Numbered from the stretch's first letter, positions 19,498 through 30,971 are shown. The stretch is DNA of 64,000 nucleotides from an uncultured Muribaculaceae bacterium (GCA_964469965.1 CAYYAM010000003.1:43462-107461), one strand, 5' to 3'. Translations and numbers: made by a program. Notes: generated by a model from the sequence alone, not told the origin.

Positions 19498-21948
19498 CTA
19501 CGGCGTGGCAGGTGTTGCCGATGTTCCGCCTCCGGACATCTTATCGTCTGTTGTTGAACGGCGTGCTCTTTTTATTATTGGGTTGTAGTTTCCGAATCTC
19601 CAGAAAAGCCCGAATTGTACCGACCTCATTTGTATTTCATTGCGAGCTTTAATAGAGTATGTGTTATCGAAAGATTTATAATCCATAATCTTTTTGTCTC
19701 TGAATGGCTCTACAACCCCAATACTAAGGGTTAATTTATCTTTGAGCAAACGTTGGCTCAGTGAGAAGGATGTGAAAACTAAAATTGGTGTTTTTGATTG
19801 AAGAGATACCTCTCCGCCATGCACAAAAGCATTAAAACTGACCCTCGATCCTTTCCACATTACTGCATTACCTCCAAAACCTCCGTTAAAGCTGAATCCG
19901 TCGTTCTCTAGATTATGGGCATCCGACCTTACATTTGTGTAGAACGCTGCCCCGTTAAGATTGAGATTTAGTTTTTGACCTGCCCTGAAAGAGAAGTTTA
20001 CATTTAGACGAAGATTGTCGTTTTTGCCAATGTTTTCGTAAGTGCTCTCACTCACCCCCAGGGAGCTTATTCTGGTAATTCTCTCTATGTTATTTCTTGT
20101 CATGCTTCCAGCCATATTAACAGAGAGATTCCAGCTTTGTGCGTTTTTTCTGTAGGCAATGTTGGCAGTATTTCTTTTAACAGTCACAAGATTGGGATTC
20201 CCGTAAGATATATTCATAGGGTCGGAATCATTTACATATGGATTTAAATACCATATTCCAGGTCTGCTTAACCTTTGTGTAAACGATGCCGAAATCATTT
20301 TTCCTTTGTTAAGCATCCATGAAAAAGTTACATAAGGGACAATATCGAACTGCTTGTTGGTAAAGCTCACCTCCTCTTCAAAAGATTTTGACAAGCCGTC
20401 ATTAATTGTGTACTCAACTCTAAATCCTGCTTTGGCAGTCATTTTTTTATGTTTAAATGCGTAACCTCCATATAAACTCACTATATGCTGATCGTAATCG
20501 AGATCGTTAACCTTTGAGGGGTCGTCTTGCCACCTCCATGAGTCGTCTAATCTTCTAATCTTTGTATCTGAGGTGTTTTGCCTCAAGATATACTTCACCC
20601 CGCTTTCAATCTGGTGGTTTTTGGTAATTGGGTCGTAGTAGTCTGCCTGAAGTGTATGCTCTCTGCCAAGTGCTCTGTTTTTTGAGTGTTGTGTGAATCC
20701 AAAGTAGTTGAGATATGGGATGATTGTACTCTCCACCTCACTCTCCATTGGGTTGTAATCGAGAGAGTAGCTGAATGTTAGATTTTTATCGGGTTTCTTA
20801 TAGCTTCTCTGATACGATAAACTACCGCTTCCCGATCCAAATCCGTTATTTGACACAGATTTGTTAGAATAACTTCTGGTTGCAATACTGTTAATGTTGT
20901 AAGAGTTGAAAAGAGATGAAGATCTACTCTCTGCGCTACCAAAGAGTCCACCACCCGATAGTGTGATAAGATTTAGTGAGTCTATCTCATAGCTTGCTTC
21001 AATGTTACCGGAGAAGTAGCTGTGTTCCGAATTGTTGTTCCCCTCTGTAATTGAGTTTCGGAACTCTTGCGAGATAAAATTTTCTGTCTCAATTCTGTTA
21101 CTATTCTTACGAGAGATGCTTCTCCCCGAATAAAGGTTTGTACTTATTGCAAACTTGCCTATTTGTGCAGAGATGTATCCACCTGCGTTGAATCCGCCTT
21201 GAGAATTCATACCTGTGTTTATACTGCCATTGTACCCTTCTATTGCCTTTCTGTTAGTGATAATATTGATTATTCCTCCAATTCCTTCGGCATCATATTT
21301 GGCAGGAGGGTTGGTTATAACCTCTATAGACTTGATTGAGCTAGCCGGCATAGCTTTTATTGCATCTTTAAAATTCCTCACCATAACACCCGATGCCCTT
21401 CCATTAACAAGAACTTTGTAGTTTGTCTCCCCGTTCAACCTTACGTTATCATCGCCATCTATAGTTATCATTGGAACTTTTCTTAGAATCTCTGCAACGG
21501 TACTGGTAGATGTTTGGGGATCGGAATCCAGATTGTATGTGAGTTTGTCGGGTTCTGCTTTAATCAACGGGACAACACCAACTACCGTAATTTCTTTTAG
21601 TTGAGCACCCTCTGTAAGCTCAAGTGTTCCAATATCTAACCTTTTCTCACCATCTTTAAGAATAATCTCATTCTTAGAATTTGTGTAACCAACCATAGAA
21701 GCAGAGATTATATATCTTCCCGGAGAGGGTAGTTCAAGACTAAATTTTCCATCTGCTCCTGCCGCAACCGCATTTATTGGTTTGAGAGAGTCGCTGAATG
21801 CAGCTACGGTAGCATATTCGATTGTTTTTCCCGTACCGCTCTCTTTTACAATACCCGATATTGTAGTTTTATTAATTGGCCCTTTTTGGGCGATAGCAGT
21901 AATGCACAAAAACTGCATTACCCATAAAATGGGCACAAATCTTTTCAT
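19498..21948 (-). CDS. TonB-dependent receptor-like outer-membrane beta-barrel protein (N-terminal carboxypeptidase-regulatory-like domain)
   Basis: Signal peptide; plug motif IEVITNPPAKYDAEG-GGIINI; GNPNL; C-terminal FWRFG. Confidence 0.82.
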   Translation of the reverse strand: MKRFVPILWVMQFLCITAIAQKGPINKTTISGIVKESGTGKTIEYATVAAFSDSLKPINAVAAGADGKFSLELPSPGRYIISASMVGYTNSKNEIILKDGEKRLDIGTLELTEGAQLKEITVVGVVPLIKAEPDKLTYNLDSDPQTSTSTVAEILRKVPMITIDGDDNVRLNGETNYKVLVNGRASGVMVRNFKDAIKAMPASSIKSIEVITNPPAKYDAEGIGGIINIITNRKAIEGYNGSINTGMNSQGGFNAGGYISAQIGKFAISTNLYSGRSISRKNSNRIETENFISQEFRNSITEGNNNSEHSYFSGNIEASYEIDSLNLITLSGGGLFGSAESRSSSLFNSYNINSIATRSYSNKSVSNNGFGSGSGSLSYQRSYKKPDKNLTFSYSLDYNPMESEVESTIIPYLNYFGFTQHSKNRALGREHTLQADYYDPITKNHQIESGVKYILRQNTSDTKIRRLDDSWRWQDDPSKVNDLDYDQHIVSLYGGYAFKHKKMTAKAGFRVEYTINDGLSKSFEEEVSFTNKQFDIVPYVTFSWMLNKGKMISASFTQRLSRPGIWYLNPYVNDSDPMNISYGNPNLVTVKRNTANIAYRKNAQSWNLSVNMAGSMTRNNIERITRISSLGVSESTYENIGKNDNLRLNVNFSFRAGQKLNLNLNGAAFYTNVRSDAHNLENDGFSFNGGFGGNAVMWKGSRVSFNAFVHGGEVSLQSKTPILVFTSFSLSQRLLKDKLTLSIGVVEPFRDKKIMDYKSFDNTYSIKARNEIQMRSVQFGLFWRFGNYNPIIKRARRSTTDDKMSGGGTSATPATP

Positions 21949-22083
21949 TTGACTGAGGTGTTAATGTTAGTACTTAGTGATTAGGTGCTTATGGAAGATA
22001 ATTTCTCTCAATAAACGTGCCTGGTATATAATAGAGAGTAAATTTTTATTAAGCCGCAAAATTCAAATATATTTACAATAAAA

Positions 22084-22530
22084 ATGGAGAGACTTTTTAA
22101 ACCATTGAATTATAGATTCAGGTTTGCAGGTATTATCTTTTTAATCTTAGGTCTTGCAACACTAATCGTATATCTTACTTTAGATGCGGTAATTTCTATT
22201 CCTGCAGTTGCGGTTGTCTCGTCTTATATTGAGACCGATTTTTTTAAAATTGTCTCAACAAATATTGTAGATGAGCTTATATTTATATTTATGATTGTTG
22301 GCTTTACTCTCATTGTTTTCTCACGGGGAAAAAATGAGAAGATAGATCAAATTACAAAGGCTAAAGCACTGTTTTCTGCACTTAAAATCAACTCTATTCT
22401 CTTAATTATATCTGTTCTTTTCCTTTATGGACAAGCTTTTATGTGGGCACTTGTATTGAATGTCTTTACTATCAATTTAATTTATATAATAATTATAATT
22501 CATTCAGAAAATAGAAAGAGAGATGAATAA
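22084..22530 (+). CDS. Hypothetical integral membrane protein (about 4 TM)
   Basis: Four hydrophobic segments; AT-rich coding sequence. Confidence 0.65.
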   Translation: MERLFKPLNYRFRFAGIIFLILGLATLIVYLTLDAVISIPAVAVVSSYIETDFFKIVSTNIVDELIFIFMIVGFTLIVFSRGKNEKIDQITKAKALFSALKINSILLIISVLFLYGQAFMWALVLNVFTINLIYIIIIIHSENRKRDE

Positions 22531-22584
22531 ACGAACCAAAGGGCAGGATTTTTGTTCTATGGTTAGTTATAAAATAATAAGAAT

Positions 22585-23133
22585 ATGATAAAAACAGCTT
22601 TTTTGTCGATATTACTGTGTATCACCGCTACTTTAGCGGGTCAGAACGTAGTTACACCACCTATAGATTTTTACTCTCTTAGCTTTAAGACGATAACCGG
22701 AGATTCATTTAAGTTCGATAAATTAAAAGGGAAGAAAGTGTTAATTGTAAACACTGCATCTAAATGCGGATATACACCTCAATTTAAAGATCTGGAAGAA
22801 CTTAGCAGTCAATATAAAGACAATCTTGTAGTGATTGGATTTCCTTCCAATGACTTTGGAGCTCAAGATCCGGGTAGTAATCAGGATATTAAAGAGTTTT
22901 GCGAATCAAACTATGGAGTTACTTTTATGATGATGGAGAAGTCTTCTGTTAAGGGGGCAGAGAAAAACAGAGTGTACCAGTGGCTATCCGATAAATCTAA
23001 AAACGGATGGAACTCTACTGAACCATCATGGAATTTTGGTAAGTATCTTATTGATGAGAAAGGTCGATTGATCGGGTTTTTTCCATCAAAAGTGAAACCC
23101 ATGGACAATGAGATAATTTCAAAGCTTAAGTAG
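22585..23133 (+). CDS. Glutathione peroxidase-family protein with signal peptide (Cys-type)
   Basis: VNTASKCG, GFPSNDFGAQ and WNFGKYL. Confidence 0.9.
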   Translation: MIKTAFLSILLCITATLAGQNVVTPPIDFYSLSFKTITGDSFKFDKLKGKKVLIVNTASKCGYTPQFKDLEELSSQYKDNLVVIGFPSNDFGAQDPGSNQDIKEFCESNYGVTFMMMEKSSVKGAEKNRVYQWLSDKSKNGWNSTEPSWNFGKYLIDEKGRLIGFFPSKVKPMDNEIISKLK

Positions 23134-23152
23134 AGTATTACAATTTGATTAA

Positions 23153-23980
23153 TCAGCGGGAGAGAAATCTCTCGCTGATGTTTTTTTGATAGCTCTTAGA
23201 TACAGAGATATCTCGGGCATCTGGCAGTTCAAACTCGGCAATGATACCCTCCCTCTCTTTTCGAAGAACTTTTACTCTGTCTAGATTGACTAAGTATGTT
23301 CTGTGGCATCTGATTATGTTATATTCCAACAGCTCTTTTTCTAGATTTTTTAGTCTGTTCCTCAAAAGATAATTTTTAACCTTTCCTTTGTTTGAGTAGT
23401 GTATTGTAACATAGTTGTCACTAGACTCAATATATATAACATCGTCTTTTGCAACAGAGAAACGTAAAACTCCTCTCTCATCTTTGAAAGATATATTGCC
23501 TCCTTTTTCTATATTTAACTTATCTGATGACTGGAACATTTTGAGTTTTTCTGTGCTCTCCCTCCAACCCAAATAGAGCCAGAATGAGGCGTAAGGGAGC
23601 AATAAAACCAAAGTTGTGTTAATTATTGATGATTCGAACACCTCCATTGTATCCCTCTCTCTGTTTACAGAAATTGTATATATTGTGTAGAAGAGCGACA
23701 TAAATAAGATCTCCAGAAAAACCCACAATCCGTATTTATAGTAAGATATTGAGTTCTGTCTGCTGTAAAGGTACATAATCACTCTGCTAATAACCACAAC
23801 CATGACGCCGGTGAGGATTATCAGCGATGAGTAAACAAAGAACATAAACTCAGAGACATTATACCAGCTTGAAGAGCTGAATGGTTTGTAGATATTTATG
23901 AAAACCAGTGCAAAGGAAGCTGTAAAAACAACTTGTCTGACAATGTTTTTTTTATGGTTTATATATTCGGGGATGTTCAT
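23153..23980 (-). CDS. Membrane-anchored LytTR-domain transcriptional regulator (start re-called to MNIPEY)
   Basis: Four N-terminal TM segments; C-terminal IYIESSDNYV...RCHRTYLVN...VSKSY. Confidence 0.85.
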   Translation of the reverse strand: MNIPEYINHKKNIVRQVVFTASFALVFINIYKPFSSSSWYNVSEFMFFVYSSLIILTGVMVVVISRVIMYLYSRQNSISYYKYGLWVFLEILFMSLFYTIYTISVNRERDTMEVFESSIINTTLVLLLPYASFWLYLGWRESTEKLKMFQSSDKLNIEKGGNISFKDERGVLRFSVAKDDVIYIESSDNYVTIHYSNKGKVKNYLLRNRLKNLEKELLEYNIIRCHRTYLVNLDRVKVLRKEREGIIAEFELPDARDISVSKSYQKNISERFLSR

Positions 23981-24121
23981 ATCATTACAAAAGTAGATAA
24001 TATTTCGCCACTTACACAAGCTTTACACCCCGTATTTGTCAAATTTGCACCAACAGGGAGTTCTATATACCATTTATTTGTTAAGCGTTTGATTAAACGA
24101 TTCTTTTGTAAAAAAAAGAGC

Positions 24122-25198
24122 ATGAATTATTACGTTTACAAATTTAAGGAGAGGGTAGGATATGAGGAGATTCTTTCAAAGAGGAGAACAATGGTTAAAC
24201 CCGAGCTGTTGGATAACTCAAACGAGAATTACAAAGAGAACATAGAATTTGATATAAAAATTGCTCTACCTCCTAAAGCCGATTGTAAGTTCAACCGTGC
24301 AATTTTTGTGTTTCATGGACTTAACGAGAGAACTTGGGATAAGTACTCTGTTTGGGTAGAGGAGTTGGTTATAAAAACGGGTGTCCCGATTATTATGTTT
24401 CCGATTGCTTTGCACATAGGTAGATCTCCGGTTTCTTGGAGTAACCCAAGAGAGATGCAGATGCTTGTTGAGCGTTACACCCAGCTAAAGGGAAAAAGTG
24501 AGAATCTATCTTTTGTAAATTTTGCGCTAAGTTCAAGAATTAAAGCAGATCCACATAGATTCTATATTTCGGGCAGAGAGACAATTTATAATGTTTGCCA
24601 ATTTATTGAGGAGGCCAAAAGTGACAGAGTAGAGGTTCTCTCTGCCGATGTCCATTTTGATATATTTTCATACTCAATTGGAGCTCTCCTCTCTCAGGTT
24701 TTGATAATGGCCAATCCAAATAGCTATTTTAGCAACAGTAGACTATTTATGTTTTGTGGAGGTTCTCTTTTTGGAGAGATGAATGGAAGTTCCAAGCTGA
24801 TTATGGATAAAGAGGCCTTTATGGTTCTCAATAGCTACTACAGAGGAGAGTTTCTTAAGAGCACTTTAAATAGCGACTCTCCACCGGATGAGATAGACAT
24901 GGCTTTTCTATGTCATATAGACAGAGAGTTTCTTAAGGAGGAGCGAATAAAGTTTTACAAGAAGATTCGAGACAGAATCAGGGTGATATCTCTTAAAAAT
25001 GATATAGTTATCCCAACTTCGGGGATTAAAGGTGCACTTGGAGATGTGTGGAGCGAGTGTTTGAAGGAGTTTGACTTTCCTTTTGAATATTCACACGAAA
25101 TCCCCTTTCCATGCACAAAGCGTAAGAAAGGGGATTCAGAAAATTATAGCTTATGGCTTGATAGGGTCTTTAGCGAGGCCTCAAATTTTTTTGTTTAG
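24122..25198 (+). CDS. Alpha/beta-hydrolase-fold protein (DUF6051-like; start re-called to MNYYVY)
   Basis: [12 protein letters not shown], nucleophile-elbow-like SYSIGA, D(IVIP) and YSHEIPFP. The upstream extension in the ORF track overlaps the LytTR gene. Confidence 0.7.
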   Translation: MNYYVYKFKERVGYEEILSKRRTMVKPELLDNSNENYKENIEFDIKIALPPKADCKFNRAIFVFHGLNERTWDKYSVWVEELVIKTGVPIIMFPIALHIGRSPVSWSNPREMQMLVERYTQLKGKSENLSFVNFALSSRIKADPHRFYISGRETIYNVCQFIEEAKSDRVEVLSADVHFDIFSYSIGALLSQVLIMANPNSYFSNSRLFMFCGGSLFGEMNGSSKLIMDKEAFMVLNSYYRGEFLKSTLNSDSPPDEIDMAFLCHIDREFLKEERIKFYKKIRDRIRVISLKNDIVIPTSGIKGALGDVWSECLKEFDFPFEYSHEIPFPCTKRKKGDSENYSLWLDRVFSEASNFFV

Positions 25199-26010
25199 AA
25201 TAGAAGCAACGACCTTGGGTCTAGATTATCCCTTTCAATATCTTTAAAATAGTTTACGGTTCCAACTTTCAGCTCTACCGTAGAGGCATCGTCACAAACT
25301 ATAATGCCTTTCCTATGACTCTGTAGAACGCTGATAGTCCACATATGGTTAATGCATCCCTCAATTGCGTGGTGAAGTGCTCTGGCTTTGTGATGTCCGT
25401 TAACCAGTATCATTACCTCCTCTGAGTCCATAATGGTTCCCACTCCAACAGTGAGTGCAGTTTTGGGCACTTGAGAGATGTCGTTGTTAAAAAAGCGGGA
25501 ATTAGCAATGATAGTGTCTGTTGTTAAACTTTTTATTCTTGTCCTGGAGGCAAGTGATGAGCCGGGCTCATTGAATGCGATATGACCATCGGGGCCAATA
25601 CCCCCCATAAATAGATTCACCCCTCCGTAAAATTTCATCTTCTTCTCGTAATTTTCGCACTCAAGGTCGAGGTCGTGGGCATTTCCGTCAAGAATGTTTG
25701 CATTCTCCCTCTTTATATCTATATGCTGAAAGAAGTTATCCCACATAAAAGTAAAGTATGACTGGGGATGCTCTTTTGGGATACCTATATACTCATCCAT
25801 ATTGAATGTAACAACATTAGAGAAAGATACCACCCCCTCTCTGTAGTATCTGATAAGCTCTTTATATGTTCCGTAAGGTGTAGATCCTGTTGGTAGTCCA
25901 AGAACAAAAGGTTTTTCGGGTGTAGGATTAAACTCCCTTATTCTCTTTACAATGTAAGCAGCCGCCCATTGCGATATCTGCTCATAAGAATTTTGAATAA
26001 TAAGTCTCAT
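25195..26010 (-). CDS. nagB: Glucosamine-6-phosphate deaminase (start re-called to MRLIIQ)
   Basis: [15 protein letters not shown] and [11 protein letters not shown]. Confidence 0.95.
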   Translation of the reverse strand: MRLIIQNSYEQISQWAAAYIVKRIREFNPTPEKPFVLGLPTGSTPYGTYKELIRYYREGVVSFSNVVTFNMDEYIGIPKEHPQSYFTFMWDNFFQHIDIKRENANILDGNAHDLDLECENYEKKMKFYGGVNLFMGGIGPDGHIAFNEPGSSLASRTRIKSLTTDTIIANSRFFNNDISQVPKTALTVGVGTIMDSEEVMILVNGHHKARALHHAIEGCINHMWTISVLQSHRKGIIVCDDASTVELKVGTVNYFKDIERDNLDPRSLLLF

Positions 26011-26029
26011 ATATATTTTTTTAAAGTTT

Positions 26030-27691
26030 CTAATTATTAAGAAATACCTTTGCATTGTTTACAGCTGCCTCAGTCATTGAGGAGCCGCTTAGCATCCTGG
26101 CAATCTCCATAACTCTGTCATTTTCTTCTAATCTCTTGATTTTTGTAGAGATTTGTCTCTCTTTATCCTCCTCTTTGTAAACAAGCAGATGACACTCACC
26201 TTTGGAGGCAATCTGTGGGAGATGTGTGATAACAAAGAGTTGCATATTTATCGATAACTCTTGTATGAGTGACCCCATCTTATCTGCTATACTCCCCGAT
26301 ACTCCACTGTCTATCTCGTCAAAAATAAGAGTTGGCATTCCTTTACCTCTTGCTATGATAGATTTTAAGCAAAGCATTATCCTGGAAAGCTCTCCGCCTG
26401 AAGCAATCTTTGCCAGCTCTCTTGCAGCTATATTTTTATTTGCAGAGAACAAAAACTCTACCCTCTCTTTTCCATTAATATTTAACTCGGGTAGTGGAAT
26501 AATTCTAACCTCAAAACAGCTGTCGGGCATCTCAAGCTCTCTGATTTTCCCTCCAATCTCTGAAGAGAACAGAGCAACAGCATTAGCCCTGTTTTCAGAT
26601 AGTTTATCAGCCCAATCCCGTGTTGTCAATCTTATATCCTCTAAATGAGATAACTCTCTAACTAACTTCTCTTTAAGCTCATCAGACTCGTTAAGTGAAC
26701 CAGACAACTCTTCTTTTAGGCGGATTAATTCAACTACCTCTTTTACTCTGTATTTAGAGAGTAGATTATATATGAATGATAATCTTGCTTCAACCTCGCC
26801 CAACCTGTTATTATCTACATTAACACTCTCTGCCAGTGTAACGCACTCCCTTTCAACCTCCTTCAGTTCAATTCTGCAACTCTCCAATCTTTGTGCTAAC
26901 TGGCTTGCCGGAGAAAAGTTGGAAGTTATTTTATTTAAAAGCTGTTCGCAATCTTTTACAACCTGAACAGTTGATATTCCATTTAAATTAAGAAATTGTT
27001 CTACAGATATAAGGGTGTTTTTAATCTCCTCTGCATTACTCAATATCTTCAACTCATCTTCCAATAACTCTAGCTCACCATCTATCAGTTTCGCCTCATC
27101 CAGCTGTTTGAAATTGTAATTACTATATTCGAAATCCTCCTCTTTTCTCCTTATTTTTCTTTTTAAATCTTCAATCTCTCTCTCCTTTTGTTTAAACCTC
27201 TCTAAAGAAAATCTATACTCTTCCAGTGTTTTTCCGTTATTTGCAAAAGAATCCAGAACAGAGAGTTGAAATGAGCTGTCTCCAATAAGTAGATGCTCAT
27301 GTTGTGCGTGGATATCTATTATTTTCTCCGAGAGATCTTTTAAAAAATTGTTGGTTACCGGCTCGTCGTTGAAAAAAGATCTTGTTCTGCCGTTAGATGA
27401 TATCACTCGTCTTATGGTAAACTCTCTTTGGGGTTCCAATGAGTGCTCCAAGAGCAGCTCTTCTGTCTCCCGTGTTATATCTATCTCAAATAGTGCTTCA
27501 ACAATACAGTTCTTCTCGGGGTCTTTAAGTATGTCTTTGTCGGCTTTTCCTCCCAACAGCAGAGAGATGGCACCAAGAAGTATCGATTTACCTGCTCCGG
27601 TCTCACCCGTAATAATGATCAATCCATCCGGAAATGAGATCTCCAGACTCTCGATGAGAGCATAGTTCACAATTGAAAGTGACTTTAGCAT
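26030..27691 (-). CDS. recN: DNA repair protein RecN
   Basis: [27 protein letters not shown] and ITHLPQIA. Confidence 0.95.
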   Translation of the reverse strand: MLKSLSIVNYALIESLEISFPDGLIIITGETGAGKSILLGAISLLLGGKADKDILKDPEKNCIVEALFEIDITRETEELLLEHSLEPQREFTIRRVISSNGRTRSFFNDEPVTNNFLKDLSEKIIDIHAQHEHLLIGDSSFQLSVLDSFANNGKTLEEYRFSLERFKQKEREIEDLKRKIRRKEEDFEYSNYNFKQLDEAKLIDGELELLEDELKILSNAEEIKNTLISVEQFLNLNGISTVQVVKDCEQLLNKITSNFSPASQLAQRLESCRIELKEVERECVTLAESVNVDNNRLGEVEARLSFIYNLLSKYRVKEVVELIRLKEELSGSLNESDELKEKLVRELSHLEDIRLTTRDWADKLSENRANAVALFSSEIGGKIRELEMPDSCFEVRIIPLPELNINGKERVEFLFSANKNIAARELAKIASGGELSRIMLCLKSIIARGKGMPTLIFDEIDSGVSGSIADKMGSLIQELSINMQLFVITHLPQIASKGECHLLVYKEEDKERQISTKIKRLEENDRVMEIARMLSGSSMTEAAVNNAKVFLNN

Positions 27692-28911
27692 TGAAAAAAC
27701 CTTTCAATAAAACCGGCAATCTTTTTTGCTGCTTCTGTTTTTAACATTAGGGGTAGTCTCTCTCTATCTCCCTTTTTACTTATTATAGTAATGACGTTTG
27801 TATCGGTTCCAAATCCGGCCCCCTTATCTCTCAATGAGTTAAGCACTATGGCATCTAGTTTTTTAGAGGTGATTTTTGCAATAGCATTACTCTCTTCATT
27901 ATCTGTCTCAAGCGCAAACCCAAGGTGAAAGCACCCCTCTCTCTTGATCTCTCCTAGTGACGCTGCTATGTCTGTGGTTGGGATTAGTTTAAGAGTATAA
28001 TCACTCTTATCTCTTTTTATTTTTTCTGAGTGGGAAACTTCGGGAGTAAAATCGGCAACCGCTGCAGAGAGTATAACAACATCACACCCTCTATTATAGC
28101 AATCTATCGTATTGGCGTACATCTCTGCAGCAGATGTAACATCAATTACGTTTACGTTCTTATGGTTTATAGATTGGTTAACAGGACCGCTAACCAATGT
28201 TACATAAGCACCTCTGGAGGCAATCTCATTCGCAATTGCGTATCCCATTTTTCCCGTAGAGTGGTTTGATATAAATCTCACAGGATCAATTTTTTCTACA
28301 GTTGGACCCGCAGTAATAAGAACCTTTTTACCCGCCCAACTGCCGCAACTACCTTTATCTAAACGAGAGGTTAAAAAAAAATCCTTTATTGCCTTAACAA
28401 TAATCTCCGGCTCCTCCATCCTCCCTTTGCCATCTAGCCCGCTGGCCAACTCTCCTGAGGTGGGTTCAACAATCACTGCACCTCTCTCTTCTATAATTTT
28501 TATATTATTTTGAGTTGCGGGGTGAAGATACATATCTACATCCATTGCAGGAGCAATCATTACCGGGCAACGCGCACTCAGATAGGTTGTTAGAAGAAGA
28601 TTGTCGGCAACTCCGGTAGCCATTTTTGCAATTGTATTGGCAGATGCCGGCGCGATTATGTACAAATCAGACCACATACCTAGTGAAATATGGCTGTTCC
28701 AGTCACCATTTTCGGGGTTATAGAACTCCACGAGTATGGGATTTTTTGAGAGAGTTGCCATAGTTAAGGGAGAGATGAACTGCTTTGCCATCTCTGTCAT
28801 AACCACTTTTACCTCTGCCCCCTCTTTTACCAAGTGCCGCACCAGCACTGCCGCTTTATAAGCTGCAATGCTGCCGGTTATTCCCAATAGTATGTGTTTT
28901 CCTTTGAGCAT
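27685..28911 (-). CDS. coaBC: Bifunctional phosphopantothenoylcysteine decarboxylase/synthetase
   Basis: GITGSIAAYK, APAM, DPVRFISNHSTGKMG, AAVADF and GFALET. Confidence 0.95.
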   Translation of the reverse strand: MLKGKHILLGITGSIAAYKAAVLVRHLVKEGAEVKVVMTEMAKQFISPLTMATLSKNPILVEFYNPENGDWNSHISLGMWSDLYIIAPASANTIAKMATGVADNLLLTTYLSARCPVMIAPAMDVDMYLHPATQNNIKIIEERGAVIVEPTSGELASGLDGKGRMEEPEIIVKAIKDFFLTSRLDKGSCGSWAGKKVLITAGPTVEKIDPVRFISNHSTGKMGYAIANEIASRGAYVTLVSGPVNQSINHKNVNVIDVTSAAEMYANTIDCYNRGCDVVILSAAVADFTPEVSHSEKIKRDKSDYTLKLIPTTDIAASLGEIKREGCFHLGFALETDNEESNAIAKITSKKLDAIVLNSLRDKGAGFGTDTNVITIISKKGDRERLPLMLKTEAAKKIAGFIERFFQC

Positions 28912-29225
28912 TAGCCCTCAATCTTTCTTACCTGAATTTTGTCCTCTTCAAATTCGTGGATTGCAAGTAATGTCGCTTTTGGTAATCTCTCGTAATATCT
29001 CGAAATCTCAATTTGTTCTCTGTTTTCGAATGTCTCTTCTAGTGTATCTGCAAATGATGAGAACTCCTCTAATTTCTGCTTAAGCTCCTGTTTTAGCTCT
29101 GCTGCTATCTGGTTAGACCTTTTTGCGATAATTATAGCAGATTCATAGATGTTGCCGGTTGGGGCCGCCAGTTTTGAAAGATCCCTTGTTACCGTATTTG
29201 TGGGTACATTCTTACTAATTTCCAT
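28911..29225 (-). CDS. rpoZ: RNA polymerase omega subunit (Bacteroidota type)
   Basis: GNIYES..IIAKRSNQI and ENREQIEISRYYERLPK; conserved bamD-rpoZ-coaBC context. Confidence 0.88.
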   Translation of the reverse strand: MEISKNVPTNTVTRDLSKLAAPTGNIYESAIIIAKRSNQIAAELKQELKQKLEEFSSFADTLEETFENREQIEISRYYERLPKATLLAIHEFEEDKIQVRKIEG

Positions 29226-29234
29226 ATATTGTTT

Positions 29235-30029
29235 TTATTTTTTTAAAAATGATTGAGCTCTCTGGAACATCTGATCGGCCTCTTTTCTAAGCTTTGAATC
29301 GGGATATTCACTTATAAAATTATAATATTCATCTACCAAAGTAAGGAATCTCTCCCTTTGCCTTTCGGGTACGCTATTTTGTGCATATTGATAATTTGCA
29401 GCTACAATATAAAAGAGCACCTCCTCCCTATATTGATTGTCGGCATTCTCCTTTAGAACATTCTTCAATGCAAATGCAGCAGCTTTGTAATCCTCTATTG
29501 TGTAGTACAACTTTGCAGATTCAAAGCTTTTTTTGTCTATCCTCTCCTGAAGATCTACTAACATGTCTCTCATCCTCTTCAGATACTGGCTCTGGGGATA
29601 TTCATATATAAATATGTTTATTGCAGACATAGCTTTGTATGACGGAAGTTGATCTAGCTCATAGCGATAAGTAGATCCGTAGAGACACTCAATTCTCAAA
29701 TATTTTGCCTCTTCTGTAAAAGGGCTTCGGGGGAACACACTGATAAACTGATCGAAATTTGCTTCGGCAATGGTTAAATCTCCAAATTTATAATTGCTCA
29801 AACCCAAATAGAACTGAACAGTATCGTCTTTGCTTGTCCCTCTTACCGCAAGAAGCATCCTGTCGAAAAGCTCTGCTGCTCTGGCATATTTGCCTGCATT
29901 GTAATACTTAAACGCTCCTGCGTATATCTCATCAACATCGGTTGATTTAAGCAGGGCCTCATACTGCGATTTGCAGGAAGAGAAAAACAGAATGGCAGAA
30001 AAAAGAACTGCAATTGTAATCTTATTCAT
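29235..30029 (-). CDS. bamD: Outer membrane protein assembly factor BamD
   Basis: Lipobox FSSC; TPR-like repeats; YELDQ motif; gene context. Confidence 0.88.
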   Translation of the reverse strand: MNKITIAVLFSAILFFSSCKSQYEALLKSTDVDEIYAGAFKYYNAGKYARAAELFDRMLLAVRGTSKDDTVQFYLGLSNYKFGDLTIAEANFDQFISVFPRSPFTEEAKYLRIECLYGSTYRYELDQLPSYKAMSAINIFIYEYPQSQYLKRMRDMLVDLQERIDKKSFESAKLYYTIEDYKAAAFALKNVLKENADNQYREEVLFYIVAANYQYAQNSVPERQRERFLTLVDEYYNFISEYPDSKLRKEADQMFQRAQSFLKK

Positions 30030-30035
30030 CTTTTG

Positions 30036-30971
30036 TTATTTGTTATCGGCAAGAAATCTCTCTGCATCCAATGCTGCCATACAGCCCGAACCGGCTGCCG
30101 TTACGGCCTGCCTATAGTGCGGATCTTGAACGTCTCCGGCAGCAAAAACTCCCGGGACATTGGTTTTAGAGCTCTTTCCCTCTGTTATGATATATCCCTC
30201 TTCGTTTGTTTTAACCCATTTACTAAATAGCTCTGAGTTTGGATGATGTCCAATAGCTAGAAAAAAGCCATGAATATCTATCTTTTTTTCGCTACCATCT
30301 CTATGAACAAGAATCGCACCATTTACTCCTCCAACAGGCGTTCCCACAATCTCTTTTGTGTTGTATTGCCAGAGGATCTCAATCTTTGGATTGTTCATGA
30401 CTCTCTCCTGCATTGCCTTAGATGCTCTTAAAACATCCCTTCTCACTATCATATAAACCTTGTTACAGATGTTGGCCAAGTAGGATGCCTCTTCACATGC
30501 AGTGTCTCCACCACCAACAACCGCTACATCTTTCCCTTTATAGAAAAACCCATCGCAGGTTGCACATGCAGATACGCCTTGACCCCTGTAACGCTCCTCC
30601 GATTCAAGTCCAAGGTATTTTGCTGTAGCTCCTGTGGAGATAATTAATGTCTCTGCCAGCAGCACTTTATCTTCGTCAACCGTAATAGAGAATGGTCTCT
30701 TCGAGAGATCGGCTTGGGTAACCACTCCAAATCTGACATCTGTGCCAAATCTGGTTGCCTGCTCTTTAAGCTCATCCATCATCTCCTGCCCTGTTATACC
30801 TTTTGGATAACCGGGGAAGTTTTCTATCTCAGTTGTTGTGGTGAGTTGCCCTCCCGGTTGTATACCCTCATAGAGTACCGGTGAGAGATTGGCCCTAGCT
30901 GCATAAATAGCGGCAGTGTACCCGGCCGGACCACTGCCAATGATAAGACACTTTATCTTTTCTTTGTTCAT
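30036..30971 (-). CDS. trxB: Thioredoxin-disulfide reductase
   Basis: IIGSGPAG, CATC active site, GGGDTA and FAAGD; TAACTTTG promoter at 31026-31019. Confidence 0.96.
   Translation of the reverse strand: MNKEKIKCLIIGSGPAGYTAAIYAARANLSPVLYEGIQPGGQLTTTTEIENFPGYPKGITGQEMMDELKEQATRFGTDVRFGVVTQADLSKRPFSITVDEDKVLLAETLIISTGATAKYLGLESEERYRGQGVSACATCDGFFYKGKDVAVVGGGDTACEEASYLANICNKVYMIVRRDVLRASKAMQERVMNNPKIEILWQYNTKEIVGTPVGGVNGAILVHRDGSEKKIDIHGFFLAIGHHPNSELFSKWVKTNEEGYIITEGKSSKTNVPGVFAAGDVQDPHYRQAVTAAGSGCMAALDAERFLADNK

Noticed and set aside
22765-22767. Selenocysteine in the Gpx active site
   Set aside because: The codon is TGC (Cys), and there is no in-frame TGA.
19353-25198. Genomic island integrated at tRNA-Phe
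   Set aside because: I saw no integrase, no duplicated tRNA 3' end and no mobility genes. Only one small gene is notably AT-rich.
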